Shown here in pieces: positions 26,672 to 37,367 of a stretch of DNA of 64,000 bases. The stretch lies in contig JBHYGA010000009.1 of the NCBI GenBank assembly GCA_051859245.1, forward strand, positions 1 to 64,000, read 5' to 3'. The number at the start of each line of letters is the position of its first letter. The stretch's first letter is position 1. The translations under genes and the position numbers were made by a program. Origin of the DNA: Gemmatimonadaceae bacterium. GTDB taxonomy: Bacteria > Gemmatimonadota > Gemmatimonadetes > Gemmatimonadales > Gemmatimonadaceae. The notes below the pieces were generated by a model, which saw only the letters and a list, made by a program, of their open reading frames with translations, was not told the origin of the DNA and ran no database searches.

Positions 26672-28480
26672 TCAAGCAGATGCGGCGAGTTTGCGAAAGT
26701 GTTCACTCCGTTCAATCAGCTCGTCGTATGAACCCTGTGCAACGACCAGCCCCTTTTCCAGCAGGTAAATGCAGTCGCAGTCGCGAACCGTCGACAGGCG
26801 ATGCGCGATCATGATGATGGTTTTTCGTTTGCTCAGTGCACGTACAGCGTCCATCACCGCGTGCTCAGTCAGGTTGTCGAGTGCGCTGGTGGCTTCGTCG
26901 AGTACGAGAACGTCTGGATTGCCGTACATTGCCCGAGCAATTCCGATGCGCTGACGCTGGCCGCCTGAAAGACGGACCCCACGCTCGCCAACCATCGTTT
27001 GATAGCCTTGCGGTAGATCGGTAGTTACAAACTCATGCAGGCTTGCAATCCGTGCCGCACGTTCGACGGCATCCAGATCGATTTTGTCGGGTGGCAAACC
27101 AAATGCGATGTTTGAAGCCACAGTGCTATCAGTCAGAAAAATATGCTGGGGAACGTAACCGATTGATCGCTGCCACCGGCGTACGTTGTCAACATTGATT
27201 ACGGTGCCGTCTACAGACATCTGGCCTTCGGTCGGTCGGAGCAGACCGAGCATGATGTCAACCAGCGTAGTTTTTCCGGAGCCAGTTGAGCCGACGAGCC
27301 CGATGGTGTGAAACGCCGGAATTTCAAGCGACACGCCCTTCACAGCAAACGTCTCGACGAGCGGATAACGAAACTTTATGTCTTTCAGACTGAGTCCGTC
27401 GCCGAGGCTAATGCGAGGGAGCGCGTCGCTGGCTCGGCTTTTCTCGCGTGAGCCAGTGGTTTCATCAGCGAGGTAGAGGTCGCGAACGAGAGAGTCGAGC
27501 ACCGGCTCGGTGGAGCGGATCTTCATGTTTTCTTCAAAGATCTTCTGAATCGCGGGCATGAGTCGATATCCGGCCAGTGCGTACAAGCCCATGATTGGCA
27601 GTGCCTGCTCGAAACCGCCCTTTGCCGCAACGAGATACAGCAGCACGAGCATCATTCCACCGAACAGCAGGCCCTGCATGAGGAATCCCGGCATTTGGCT
27701 CATAATTCCGACCGAGATCTGTCGCTGAGCCCGGATTTCCGACGGTGCTCGAAACCTGGCCAGAGCGAGGTGTTCCAGTCCGCTCAGTTTCATGTCCTTG
27801 ATTCCGCCAAACGCTTCCTGCACCACGTGGAACCGCTTTCGACTCGCCGCCAGCCGTTCAGCACCCAGCCGCTTAACTCGCTTTCGCATGGTGACGGAGA
27901 TGAGTCCGAACCCACCTCCCATCACGATCCCGACACTTAGCGCGAGCACTGGGTCCACCACAACGAGAAGCGTGAGTAACAGCGTGGCAACGGTCGTGTG
28001 CGCGATGATCTGCATCGCTGGTACGAGCGATCCATTCACTGCGGAGTCAACTTCGGACAGTACCGCCGTTGTCAGTTCCGAGCTGTGCTTGTTCAGGAAC
28101 CACTCGTATGGCTGATAGAGGTATGACGCAATGAGTCGCTGGCTCCAGGAGACGCTACGATTAAATGAGAAGCGCAACTGTGCCCAGAAACCCAACGCTC
28201 GAAGCGAAAGAGAGCAAACGAGGGTGATAAAAAACGTCGCTCCCATTGCGATAAGAAACGAGTCGCGAGACTGAAAGCCAAGCGTATCGTACGTTAGCTT
28301 AAGCCACTTGTTCTCGGAGATGATATCTGGATTCGCGAGCACGGTGAGGAACGGCATCACGGATGCAACTCCCGCCATTTCGCCCAATGCCGTAAGCAGC
28401 ATCAGGCTGAACACAAGAGAAGCGCGGCGGCGTTCTCGGGCGTCCAGAACCCTCAGCAGTTTCTTGTAGATCTTGAACAT
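26672..28480 (-). CDS. ABC transporter permease/ATPase, PglK-like lipid-linked oligosaccharide flippase
   Basis: N-terminal TM domain; GSTGSGKT, LSGGQRQR, LDEATSALD, IAHRL; YRLMP motif typical of glycan-locus exporters. Confidence 0.88.
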   Translation of the reverse strand: MFKIYKKLLRVLDARERRRASLVFSLMLLTALGEMAGVASVMPFLTVLANPDIISENKWLKLTYDTLGFQSRDSFLIAMGATFFITLVCSLSLRALGFWAQLRFSFNRSVSWSQRLIASYLYQPYEWFLNKHSSELTTAVLSEVDSAVNGSLVPAMQIIAHTTVATLLLTLLVVVDPVLALSVGIVMGGGFGLISVTMRKRVKRLGAERLAASRKRFHVVQEAFGGIKDMKLSGLEHLALARFRAPSEIRAQRQISVGIMSQMPGFLMQGLLFGGMMLVLLYLVAAKGGFEQALPIMGLYALAGYRLMPAIQKIFEENMKIRSTEPVLDSLVRDLYLADETTGSREKSRASDALPRISLGDGLSLKDIKFRYPLVETFAVKGVSLEIPAFHTIGLVGSTGSGKTTLVDIMLGLLRPTEGQMSVDGTVINVDNVRRWQRSIGYVPQHIFLTDSTVASNIAFGLPPDKIDLDAVERAARIASLHEFVTTDLPQGYQTMVGERGVRLSGGQRQRIGIARAMYGNPDVLVLDEATSALDNLTEHAVMDAVRALSKRKTIIMIAHRLSTVRDCDCIYLLEKGLVVAQGSYDELIERSEHFRKLAASA

Positions 28481-28492
28481 GAGTGCGGGCGC

Positions 28493-29656
28493 CTAGCGCG
28501 CCATCAAAGTGCGAAAAACGCGTTCAATACCAGCTACCTGCAGGTCTCGTGAGAAGCGTGCGAGTACTCGTTCGCGACCACTTTTCCCCATCGTCCCGCG
28601 CCGGCTGTCATCGGAGAGAAGTAACTGAATGAGTTCAGCTGCACGCACGTGGTCTCCTGTTGGAAACGTAACGCCAGTTTCAGGGGTGATCGTTTCTCGC
28701 AGGCCCGGGAGATCCGAGACGATTAGCGGTAGCTCAGTCGCCGCCATTTCGAGCGACGACATGGGAAAAGAATCCCAGCCTGTGGAAGCAATAATGCCAA
28801 GTGAACACCCTTGCAGTAGCGCTGGTACGTCATTTCGATAGCCACCAAAAGTAATGTGCGATTCGGCTGCGGTGCCTCGGTATAGGCTGTCGAATTTCGC
28901 CTCCTGTCCCTCACGGTTGCCGAGGATCAGGAAATGAGCGTCACGCACACCAAGTTGCTCAACCAGATGCACCGCAGCCTTCAGAACAATATGCACTCCT
29001 TTTCGCTCTTCCATGTGGCCGGAAAAGAACACCACCTTGCGATTTTCGGGGATTCCAAACACACGGTGAGGATAGTTTGCATTAGCCAAGTCAGGCGCGT
29101 ACCGCACTGTATCGATGCCAGTTCGTACTACTGATGTGCGATGCGCGGGAATGCCGCGGCCGTGTGTCGCCGTGCGACGCATATCATCGCTCTGGAAGAT
29201 ATAGTGGTCCGGACCCGGCCCCCGCCGCAACATGTCGAGCGATTTGAGCCAAAGCTTTGGGCCACGATTCACACTACTCATTGGTGCGCCCCAGTAAGAC
29301 ACGAAGTGCCGAACGCCTCCCCGCCGGTACGCTGAATACATGGGAAAGCGCGGCGGCTGATCAAAGCCAAGCAAGAACTGAATGTTGTGCTCACGCACGT
29401 ATGCTTCTACCGCCCGCAGTCGCGAGACTTCGCGCACGCTCGAACGTAGTTCCAGCGTGTGCTTTACTTCCGATGCGAGTCCTGGGGTCATTCCATCTTT
29501 GAGCGTGCGATACGCAAAGTGCACCTGATCAGCATTTCCGACCAGGCGTTTTGCCACGGCGAGAAAGGTATGCTCGTGTGTAGATGCGGCGAATCCGGGG
29601 TTCGATTCACAATGGAAAAGCACCAACATGCCAGGCATGTCAGCGAGCCTCTTCAT
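28493..29656 (-). CDS. Glycosyltransferase family 4
   Basis: G.MEERKG, GYRNDV and DSFPMSSLEM motifs. Confidence 0.85.
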   Translation of the reverse strand: MKRLADMPGMLVLFHCESNPGFAASTHEHTFLAVAKRLVGNADQVHFAYRTLKDGMTPGLASEVKHTLELRSSVREVSRLRAVEAYVREHNIQFLLGFDQPPRFPMYSAYRRGGVRHFVSYWGAPMSSVNRGPKLWLKSLDMLRRGPGPDHYIFQSDDMRRTATHGRGIPAHRTSVVRTGIDTVRYAPDLANANYPHRVFGIPENRKVVFFSGHMEERKGVHIVLKAAVHLVEQLGVRDAHFLILGNREGQEAKFDSLYRGTAAESHITFGGYRNDVPALLQGCSLGIIASTGWDSFPMSSLEMAATELPLIVSDLPGLRETITPETGVTFPTGDHVRAAELIQLLLSDDSRRGTMGKSGRERVLARFSRDLQVAGIERVFRTLMAR

Positions 29657-29686
29657 GCGCGGTTCGCAAGTTCAGCATGGGTAGCG

Positions 29687-30754
29687 TCATCGTGTATTGC
29701 GTGCGAATCGCTCGTAGTTGAACTCGCGAAGCGTTGGACCCACTGCCGCTTCTTGAAATTTGATTCCTGGGTGGCTCGTATTCCACTCCAGCAATGCCGA
29801 TTCCCCATTGTCATCGATGGCCAGATCCCAGCCAATAATGCCGAGATGCGGGACTTTCGCGTGAAGTCGAACGCAAGCGTCTACCGCTGCGCGGTAACCC
29901 GGAATCCGCAGATTCTCGAAAGACGCACCGGTGTCTGGGTGCCTCGTATGTCGCTTCCACACGGAGTCGGATGCAAAACTGGAGAGCGAGCCATCCCCAT
30001 CGATGACCACGAACTTCAGCGAGGTGCCGCTGGTAATGAAGTTTTTCTCTCCCACTCCCGTCCGCAAAAATGACGCGGTGAACTTGACGACCCCACGGTC
30101 ATCCAAAGCCGTGGTGACTCGCAGAGTAGCTGTAGCGTTCGGAGAGATCGGATCGAACCACTTTGCCTGTCGAACACCTCTTTGCACTACGCAATTGCCG
30201 GAAGTCGGTAGCGCCTCCAACGAGAAGTTGTCGCGGTGCAGAATAAACACACCCCGGCCGCGACTGGAACGCTCAAGTTTCACGTACACAACCGGTTCGA
30301 CTTCGAAGAGGTGCCTCTTCAACGCGGAAACCTGGATTGGCTCACTGTTAAGGTCGAACCAATTGCCATTGAGTCGGTACGCGATGTCCGGTAGAAGTTC
30401 TGTATCGAGCAGACGACGCGAGAGTGTTTTCGACATCCCGAGTTCGCGATACGGAGCGTTGATCTGTGGCAACACTCGCCATTCGAAGTAGTTGTCGGGA
30501 ATCCAACCCTCCAGAAATTCGCCGCGGTAAGCCGTATACATTTCGAGCCAAGGCATGTAGAGCTCCCGGCCGAGGACGTCGTTGGCGTATTGCCTTATCG
30601 TGCGTCGAGTTGCGGAACTGAGTTCATTTACGCCGGGGTTAGCAATGATCCCCCGGTACGCACTCCTCGCCGCCAGTATATGTTGGCGCTGAGTGTCGCT
30701 AGGTATGATTTTTCGAACGAGGCGCTTTGCTCGCGCGACAAGTGCGTTCGACAT
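29687..30754 (-). CDS. Sugar-transfer-associated ATP-grasp protein
   Basis: VKL..SSRGRG, VVQ, TLRV, HPDTG, IGWDLAI and LEWN motifs; start placed at ATG 30754. Confidence 0.85.
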   Translation of the reverse strand: MSNALVARAKRLVRKIIPSDTQRQHILAARSAYRGIIANPGVNELSSATRRTIRQYANDVLGRELYMPWLEMYTAYRGEFLEGWIPDNYFEWRVLPQINAPYRELGMSKTLSRRLLDTELLPDIAYRLNGNWFDLNSEPIQVSALKRHLFEVEPVVYVKLERSSRGRGVFILHRDNFSLEALPTSGNCVVQRGVRQAKWFDPISPNATATLRVTTALDDRGVVKFTASFLRTGVGEKNFITSGTSLKFVVIDGDGSLSSFASDSVWKRHTRHPDTGASFENLRIPGYRAAVDACVRLHAKVPHLGIIGWDLAIDDNGESALLEWNTSHPGIKFQEAAVGPTLREFNYERFARNTR

Positions 30755-30773
30755 CAGGAAACACCTGCGCTGT

Positions 30774-31711
30774 TCATTGTACTTTGCCCGAAGCGCGCTT
30801 GAGTCCATCGCGCCATGCGACACCGAGAAGGCGGTCCAATTCGGTGCGACGCCAAGGGGACGCCCCTCCACTAGGATAGTTCGTCAACTCGCCGAACACT
30901 GGCTCGCCGTTTATCAGATAGAGATCGACGCGTATAAAATCCATATTGCCGGCCAACGCGAGCGCCGTTTGCTCCAGCTGCACGTGTTGCGGTGGACGCG
31001 GCGCTTCGAAATGGTTTCTCAGCGGCGCAATCTGCTCGCCAAATGAGCTCCAGTCCGGTTTCAGAAAACAACGGCGATTCGACCCAAGCTTGTCGCGGAA
31101 CACCTGAATCATTTCAATCTTTCCTGAGAAAGTATAGAAGCGGTATTCATCGCCCACCGAACCCGTGCCATCATCGAGCAACTCCTCAAACACGATCTGT
31201 GGAGGAATATCGCGATAACACCATTCAAGCGTGTTGTTGTTTTCTGAATAGTTAAAGCTGAGCCACTTCGCCGCCTTCGCTTCAATTTCTGACTTGCGGG
31301 CGGCGAACTCTTCCCTCGAGCGCACGACTACGGTCATCGCGGATCCATGCGTAGCCTTGATTGCACAGGCGTCAACGTTCGCGGGCATGGTCAGCGGCGA
31401 GGCCGCGCGAGTCACCTGATAGATCTGCGGCACACGAAGACCGGGTGCCTTGCTCTTCACGTAGTCGCGCCTACCTTATCGGCGAACGTCGTCAGCAATA
31501 CCCGGCGATCACGAGCCTTCTTGAGATGCACCCACTCCGAGAATAGTTGGGGCTCTCGAAAACCCACGACGCCCGCATATTCGCACCATGTCCGAACGTC
31601 GAACGGCAAGAATCTCATATGCTTTAGGCGAGCAAATCCGGAACGCCGGAGCCGCGAAAGCGCACCGTACTTCCGCCCCGCGACGGGGCTGGCAGTTGCG
31701 GCGGGCGTCAT
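30774..31711 (-). pseudogene. TupA-like ATP-grasp gene split by a frameshift near 31470
   Basis: The N-terminal ORF (31457-31711) ends ..TFADKVG; the other frame continues RDYVKSK..KATHGS..EW.Y..IPPQI..EE..EYRF..FIRVDLY..FGELT; may be an assembly error. Confidence 0.75.
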
Positions 31712-32592
31712 ACGTTCCCGAACAGCAAACGTGAGGCGATCGCCTCTCCGCTACGTGGATGGAAATGCGCTCGAAGATTCGCCGGCATGTGGGTGAGTTC
31801 CCCAACTACAATACCCTTTCCGTCTGAATAGAGGTCTACTCGGACGAAAGAGAAGTCACGGCTCAGCTTGGACGCCACTTCAAGCATCTCGGCAAGGTTT
31901 CCAGGTTTGGGAATCGCATCTTTCGTGTTTGCGCGGAGTACCTCAAACGGAAGCAGATTCCACTCCACATCGTAAAGGTTTTTGCCGTGCGCACCGAACC
32001 TGTCGCGATGCACCTGAATCAAACCAGGCTTGCCGTCAGCGCACAAAATCTTGTAGTCGAGCGGCGCGTCCAGACCAAGGGCAAATTCCTCGACGATCAC
32101 TTTCGGCACAAGCGATTTGTAATTTCGCTCGCGAGTTTGATGGTAGTAGTTCGTGGCGAACCAGCGCCGGAATTTTGAACGGTCAATATCCTGGCCATTT
32201 GTTCGGAGCATTACCGGGCCGGACATGTGCGTGGGTTTGATGACGCACCGAGAGGGAAAATCGAACTTCTCACACTCCTCGACAGAGTGAAGAACGGCGA
32301 TTGTAGGCACATTGTACTGTGCGCCGACCTTCTCAAGTACGTATTCCTTTACCAGCGCCTTATCGGTCGTTTTCACCCGCAGTGGTGAGACGAGCTCACC
32401 TGAGGTTTTGATCTCATAAAGCACGTCGTTGAACATTCGACGGCCCTTCACTGGCATGCGCTTGTGCCAGCGAAGGAACCACGCGAGTGTCAGCAAGTTG
32501 TCAGCCTGCTGTGAATGCGGGAGCAATCGATTGGCGCGATTCCATAGCGACCATTCGAAATCACTAATGTGAAGGTGACGCGATTCAGACAT
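31708..32592 (-). CDS. TupA-like ATP-grasp protein
   Basis: DKALVKEYV, IKPTHMSG, E.NY..L.PKVIVEE, DYK, FVRVDLY and GELT motifs. Confidence 0.88.
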   Translation of the reverse strand: MSESRHLHISDFEWSLWNRANRLLPHSQQADNLLTLAWFLRWHKRMPVKGRRMFNDVLYEIKTSGELVSPLRVKTTDKALVKEYVLEKVGAQYNVPTIAVLHSVEECEKFDFPSRCVIKPTHMSGPVMLRTNGQDIDRSKFRRWFATNYYHQTRERNYKSLVPKVIVEEFALGLDAPLDYKILCADGKPGLIQVHRDRFGAHGKNLYDVEWNLLPFEVLRANTKDAIPKPGNLAEMLEVASKLSRDFSFVRVDLYSDGKGIVVGELTHMPANLRAHFHPRSGEAIASRLLFGNV

Positions 32593-32622
32593 GAATGGAG
32601 TTGATATTGAGTTTGAAAAGCG

Positions 32623-33549
32623 TCATTTGTGTGCGCCGAGTGCACGCGTCAAGAATCGTCGGCTTGCTTTCGGAATTTCAGCCAACGCGTCGCCGTAGTT
32701 CCCGGTAAGGAAAAACCACTTGAACCCCTTGCTCTTCACCCACGGGTAGTTGCGCCTGCGTGCCTCGTCAAACTTGTGCCACGACAACTCTCGATCGAGC
32801 GCTACATCATGCACCAGCTGGTCAAAAATCGTGACTACTCGGCCCTTGTCTTTCTGCGTGTAGAAGAAATGCCAGATCGCTGCGTTTCGTGCGTACCCAG
32901 GCCACGCGTTGACTTGCGCGTTATACACGTATGAAAGCACCGAAACGGCGCTTTGCATTTCGCGATCTGTCTGTGCAAGCGCAGGTTGATCTTGAACGAC
33001 CCCCGCCTGCGCCGATGTTTTCCAGTTGCGATACCACGTCTCCGCGAAGTGGTGCGCCCTCGCAGTGTCTCGCCACAAGCTCACCCCACCATTGAAATAC
33101 CGATTTTCAGGATGGGGCCAGCCAATCTTGTCGAACTTCGCTCGTGCGCTTGCAGGAGGTCCCTTCTGACGTGGAGACCCCGGAATACAGTCAAAGACCA
33201 TTCCGACGTCGGTCACATGCTTCGGCCAACAGTCGAGTGCGCGCACCGCCAGTGTATCCGAATCGACATAACAGAAGTCTCCGATAGTTTCGAGTCGCAG
33301 CCTGATCTTGATCGATCGATTGCGCGCAACCGGAGTGGATTCGTCACACGCATCCACTCGGACGTGCTCGAAAAGCTCGCCCAAGCGCACTCCATCGCGA
33401 TCCGCGGCGCGCAGGCTCTCACGATCCAGCGCCAGCCCCAAAGTGGCAGCGGGATCCACACGCCGTAGCACCTGAGCAGATGCGAGCACCAGATCTCGAT
33501 GCTCTCGCTCTCCTGAACTTGTCAATACATACCAGACTGGGACTCGCAT
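32623..33549 (-). CDS. GT-A fold glycosyltransferase (GT8-like)
   Basis: DxD (YVDSD), YFNGGV, DQPAL, YN and IWHF motifs. Confidence 0.7.
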   Translation of the reverse strand: MRVPVWYVLTSSGEREHRDLVLASAQVLRRVDPAATLGLALDRESLRAADRDGVRLGELFEHVRVDACDESTPVARNRSIKIRLRLETIGDFCYVDSDTLAVRALDCWPKHVTDVGMVFDCIPGSPRQKGPPASARAKFDKIGWPHPENRYFNGGVSLWRDTARAHHFAETWYRNWKTSAQAGVVQDQPALAQTDREMQSAVSVLSYVYNAQVNAWPGYARNAAIWHFFYTQKDKGRVVTIFDQLVHDVALDRELSWHKFDEARRRNYPWVKSKGFKWFFLTGNYGDALAEIPKASRRFLTRALGAHK

Positions 33550-33557
33550 TCGGATTC

Positions 33558-34832
33558 TCAGTTTGATGACAACAAGCTCGCAGGGTCCATGCGCGTTGGC
33601 ATGAAGCCGGATCGCGAAGCGCCTGTCAACAACGCCTCATATTCTGGCAAAATCCAAGCCCAGTCGAACTTGCGAAGGAACTGCTCACCCGCGGCCAGTT
33701 GCTTCGAGACCACATCGGGCGAGCGAAGCATTGTCTCGATGGCACTTGCGATCTCCTCGTTCGTGTCGGCCACGAAGAAATCGTCCACGCCATGCCCCGC
33801 GAGTCCGTTCGCACAGACAGACGTCATCACAACTGGCCGACCGGCACGGATAGCCTCCAGCACCTTGTTCTGAAGTCCCGCGCCCATTTCCATCGGAAAG
33901 ACGAACACATCCACATCGGCGAGTGATGGCCAGATGGAAGGCACGCTGCCCGTGATCTCAACCGCATCTGACCGCAGCGCCATGAGATCGGGTCTTGGTG
34001 CGCGACCGATGACTTTCACCTTGACGCGAAGATCACGCAGCTTTTGCTGCACTGCGTCGAGAATCGACGTGGCGAGCCACATGGCGGCTCGGTGATTGGG
34101 TTCGTACCCCATATGTCCTAGAAAACCCAACGTCAGTTGCGGCAAGCGGCTCAGCGGCGCGCGAACCGTCGTCTCTCCACTATTGGGGAAGTCGTCGTAG
34201 AGCCCGTTGGGCAATACTGCCACGCGCTCGTTCGGCGCACCGTTGGCGTGTGCTGCGTCGGCCTCCGAGATGTACACGGCGTAGTTCAAGCGCTGGTTCA
34301 CTGATCGTTGCCAGCTCTTGATCTTTTCAATTTCCGAGACATCAACCTTCCCCGTTGCCTCGGTCTTTCGCTGAGCGAGCAATGAGGGGGCGTCGATCCA
34401 GTCATACACGTGACGAAGCGCCGGATATTCGTGCGCCAACACAGCTGCAGCGTGACAGAGTCCCGGACCAACTGAAAACACAACATCGAAGCGCTGCGCG
34501 TCGAGCTGGCTCCTGGCGGCGGACAGCAGATTAGCGGTGAACGGCCTGAGCTGCGAGCTTGGCGGCAGCGGGCGATGAAGAAGCCCTCGCAGCAATCCCG
34601 CACGAACAGCAGTCTTGGACCGGGCGACCGCAAGGCAGTGTGCAGAAGCGCAGCTTCCACGCGCCAATTCGAGATACTCACCCATGGCGCGTGATCGAGG
34701 ATCGTTTACGGCGATGAGATGCACCTCGTGTCGCGAGGACAGATGCACGAGTAGCGGATTCACGCGAACGGTGATTCCGTTCGCCCGAACCGGATACGGC
34801 ACATGCGTGGTTAGCAGAAGGACACGTGACAT
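33558..34832 (-). CDS. Glycosyltransferase family 4 (PEP-CTERM-system sugar transferase-like)
   Basis: PYP...G...R, LPNG, G.MGYEPN and GAGLQNKVLEA motifs. Confidence 0.88.
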   Translation of the reverse strand: MSRVLLLTTHVPYPVRANGITVRVNPLLVHLSSRHEVHLIAVNDPRSRAMGEYLELARGSCASAHCLAVARSKTAVRAGLLRGLLHRPLPPSSQLRPFTANLLSAARSQLDAQRFDVVFSVGPGLCHAAAVLAHEYPALRHVYDWIDAPSLLAQRKTEATGKVDVSEIEKIKSWQRSVNQRLNYAVYISEADAAHANGAPNERVAVLPNGLYDDFPNSGETTVRAPLSRLPQLTLGFLGHMGYEPNHRAAMWLATSILDAVQQKLRDLRVKVKVIGRAPRPDLMALRSDAVEITGSVPSIWPSLADVDVFVFPMEMGAGLQNKVLEAIRAGRPVVMTSVCANGLAGHGVDDFFVADTNEEIASAIETMLRSPDVVSKQLAAGEQFLRKFDWAWILPEYEALLTGASRSGFMPTRMDPASLLSSN

Positions 34833-34856
34833 GACGAAAGAAACTCTGAGCGCGGC

Positions 34857-36041
34857 TTAGGTCAGCGGCGGCATTGCTGGCCGCTGAGTTGGCTCCCACA
34901 TCGAATGCTTCTCATTCCGGGCCAGATGCAACCACGCCATCCAGCCCGCGACAATACTGACAAAGATGTAACCAGGAAATGCAATCAGCCGAGGTAGACG
35001 TTTTCCATCGGGCCACGTAATGGTCACACGAGCGAGCACGAGGCCTGCCACCATGCCAGCCAACAGGACGAGCGTGAACGGCGCCGACTGGATCAGCAAG
35101 AGCGGACCCACGATCCAGCCAAGCAGTGCCGGAAAGAGCAGCCAGCGGGCCAGTTTGTGTGACGCCATCATGAACGCGTAGCTGCCGTAACGAAATGGAT
35201 TCAGCATGCCACGCAGATACACAAGCGTATCAAGACCGCGGCCCATCGTGCGGCTTTTTCGCTTGAGTTCGGCCTTGAGCGTGGTGGTCCGCGGCACAAG
35301 ACACGTGGCATCATCAACCGACACCGCGCGATAACCATGCGAGCGCGCTATGCTCGCCGCGGCGAAGTCGCGCGACAGCTCTTCGGGTAGCGGAAGTTTG
35401 TGCAACTCTTTTCTGGCCGCGTAAAAGCATCCGCTGGCGCCGACAATGCTATGTACGCGCGTCTCAAAATGACGCAATGTCATTTCCAGACCGACATAAC
35501 TCGACTCGGCCTTATTGCCTTCGCGCGCTTCATCGCCAACACTAATGTCCCGGCCCGAGGCCAGTCCAACTCCTGGCACCAGAAGCGCTCGCACCAGCGG
35601 CTTGAGTGATTCACGTGGAATGAGAATCGCCGCATCGATGGACACGACGAAGTCACCTTTCACGTGCGCGCCAGAGGCATTTTCTCCGGCTGGCTTGCCA
35701 CGACGTTCCGGCTGACGAAGTAGCCGCACGCGCGCATCGCCCCAGTTTCGTACGAGGTCATCCGTGCCATCGCTTGACGCATCTGACACCACCAGCACAT
35801 CCAGCTTTTCTGGCGGATAGTCAACAGCGAGCGCGTGCTCAAGCGTACGCGGCAAACGTCGCTCTTCGTTGTACGCAACAATGAGAATCGTGACGTGCGG
35901 CCACTCCTGAGGCTCGGGCGCCAACACAAACGGAGAGGTGAAGCGCGACCAGAGCCACACAATCGCCGGGTACGCCAGAAACGCGTACACACCGAGCACG
36001 AGCGGTGCGGCAATCAGCGTCCAGCCGACTATTTCGAGCAC
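34857..36041 (-). CDS. Membrane glycosyltransferase family 2
   Basis: AYNEE, SDASSDGT, GK, GASGCFYA, DF and R..R motifs; N- and C-terminal TM segments; GAGGA RBS before GTG 36041. Confidence 0.88.
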   Translation of the reverse strand: MLEIVGWTLIAAPLVLGVYAFLAYPAIVWLWSRFTSPFVLAPEPQEWPHVTILIVAYNEERRLPRTLEHALAVDYPPEKLDVLVVSDASSDGTDDLVRNWGDARVRLLRQPERRGKPAGENASGAHVKGDFVVSIDAAILIPRESLKPLVRALLVPGVGLASGRDISVGDEAREGNKAESSYVGLEMTLRHFETRVHSIVGASGCFYAARKELHKLPLPEELSRDFAAASIARSHGYRAVSVDDATCLVPRTTTLKAELKRKSRTMGRGLDTLVYLRGMLNPFRYGSYAFMMASHKLARWLLFPALLGWIVGPLLLIQSAPFTLVLLAGMVAGLVLARVTITWPDGKRLPRLIAFPGYIFVSIVAGWMAWLHLARNEKHSMWEPTQRPAMPPLT

Positions 36042-36051
36042 GAGTACTTCC

Positions 36052-37236
36052 TCATGAAACGCGCCGAAGCCAACGCCAGGCTTCGGCGAAAAATGGAGCG
36101 GGATCGGACCACCGGAACACTTCAAGATGATCGAGCTGCGTGCGTTTGCCGAGGGCACGCAGAGCGGCCGCCATGCCGGCATTCACATCGGGAGGTAGGT
36201 GGAGTGACTCGCGCGAACCGCGAGCGAGTGCAATTGCGTGATCCAGCTCACCAAGCTCCCACACACTACGCACGCCAGCCCGGGGATTTGCCGGAGGTTG
36301 AACTGGATGACCAAGTGCGTACGACACGAGTGCACAAGGGAAATCCACTCCTGCATCGATTGCGAGCTGCAGCGAACCCCACAAGCGGGCGTTGATCTCC
36401 ATGAGCACATATTCGCCCGTGCGAACATCACGCTTGAACTCAATCATTGCCGCGCCGTTGTAGTCGAGCGCATCGAGCAACTGTTCACACTTGAACTTGA
36501 GGTCTGCGGGAACAGCGATCGCCTCACGATACGTACTCACACCACCGGCCGGCGGTTTCTCGTGCAACCGTCGGTGCCCGAACGAAAGCGCGGTCGTTTG
36601 CCCCGTACGAAAAAGAAATACGCCCACACCTTCACCGATCGTACGTTCCTGCAACAACAGCGGAAACGCTTCCACCGGATACGTTCCAACCAACGGACTC
36701 AGCTGTGACGCGCTATCCACGTACCGCACGCCGAGTTTCTGGGTGCGGCCCTCTACTTCGACCTCCGAACGGCTCGGCTTGATCACAAACGCGTTACCGC
36801 TCTTCGCGAAGTCGGGCGGCACTTGTTCGTTTGCCTGCAGTGTGTGCTGTCTCGGCACGCGTAGTCCGATTGTCTGTGCCAACATCAGCAGCTCGGCTTT
36901 GTCGCTTGCGCGGGCATAGGCCTCGGCCGACGGCCCGGCGATGCGTGTTCCAACAATGCCGTCATGGCCAAGAAGACTGCGCGACGCAAAGTCAGAAACG
37001 GGGATCACAACGTCAGCGCACATCTTCGTCACCACTGATGCAACGGCTTCCCGACAAGCTTCGGCTCGCGTCATGTCGACGCGCGCGCAGGGCCAGTGTG
37101 CCGAGACTGCTTTCGACACGCCCGCGAGCCCGCGCGTCACGCCCATCGTATGAACGACATAGCCCGCCCGATGCAACGAACGGGCAGCCGCCAGCGCGGC
37201 GCGTTGCTCCGGGTCGGTCAGCAGGATGATGGGCAC
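36052..37236 (-). CDS. ATP-grasp carboxylate-amine ligase
   Basis: DK, VIKP, LLQE...G, R..E.PP.GG.ST, MIEFK and MEINARLWGS..LA..AGVDFP motifs. Confidence 0.88.
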   Translation of the reverse strand: MPIILLTDPEQRAALAAARSLHRAGYVVHTMGVTRGLAGVSKAVSAHWPCARVDMTRAEACREAVASVVTKMCADVVIPVSDFASRSLLGHDGIVGTRIAGPSAEAYARASDKAELLMLAQTIGLRVPRQHTLQANEQVPPDFAKSGNAFVIKPSRSEVEVEGRTQKLGVRYVDSASQLSPLVGTYPVEAFPLLLQERTIGEGVGVFLFRTGQTTALSFGHRRLHEKPPAGGVSTYREAIAVPADLKFKCEQLLDALDYNGAAMIEFKRDVRTGEYVLMEINARLWGSLQLAIDAGVDFPCALVSYALGHPVQPPANPRAGVRSVWELGELDHAIALARGSRESLHLPPDVNAGMAAALRALGKRTQLDHLEVFRWSDPAPFFAEAWRWLRRVS

Positions 37237-37367
37237 GATCTAGACGCATGTAGGAAGGGTGAGGGCATTCCTTGAAAGACGAGGGCGCCCCGTGTGTCGC
37301 AACGCGTTGCGAAGCCGCACCCGCTGATCGACATTGCAGACTCTCGCTGTTTCACGTTCTTCATTTC

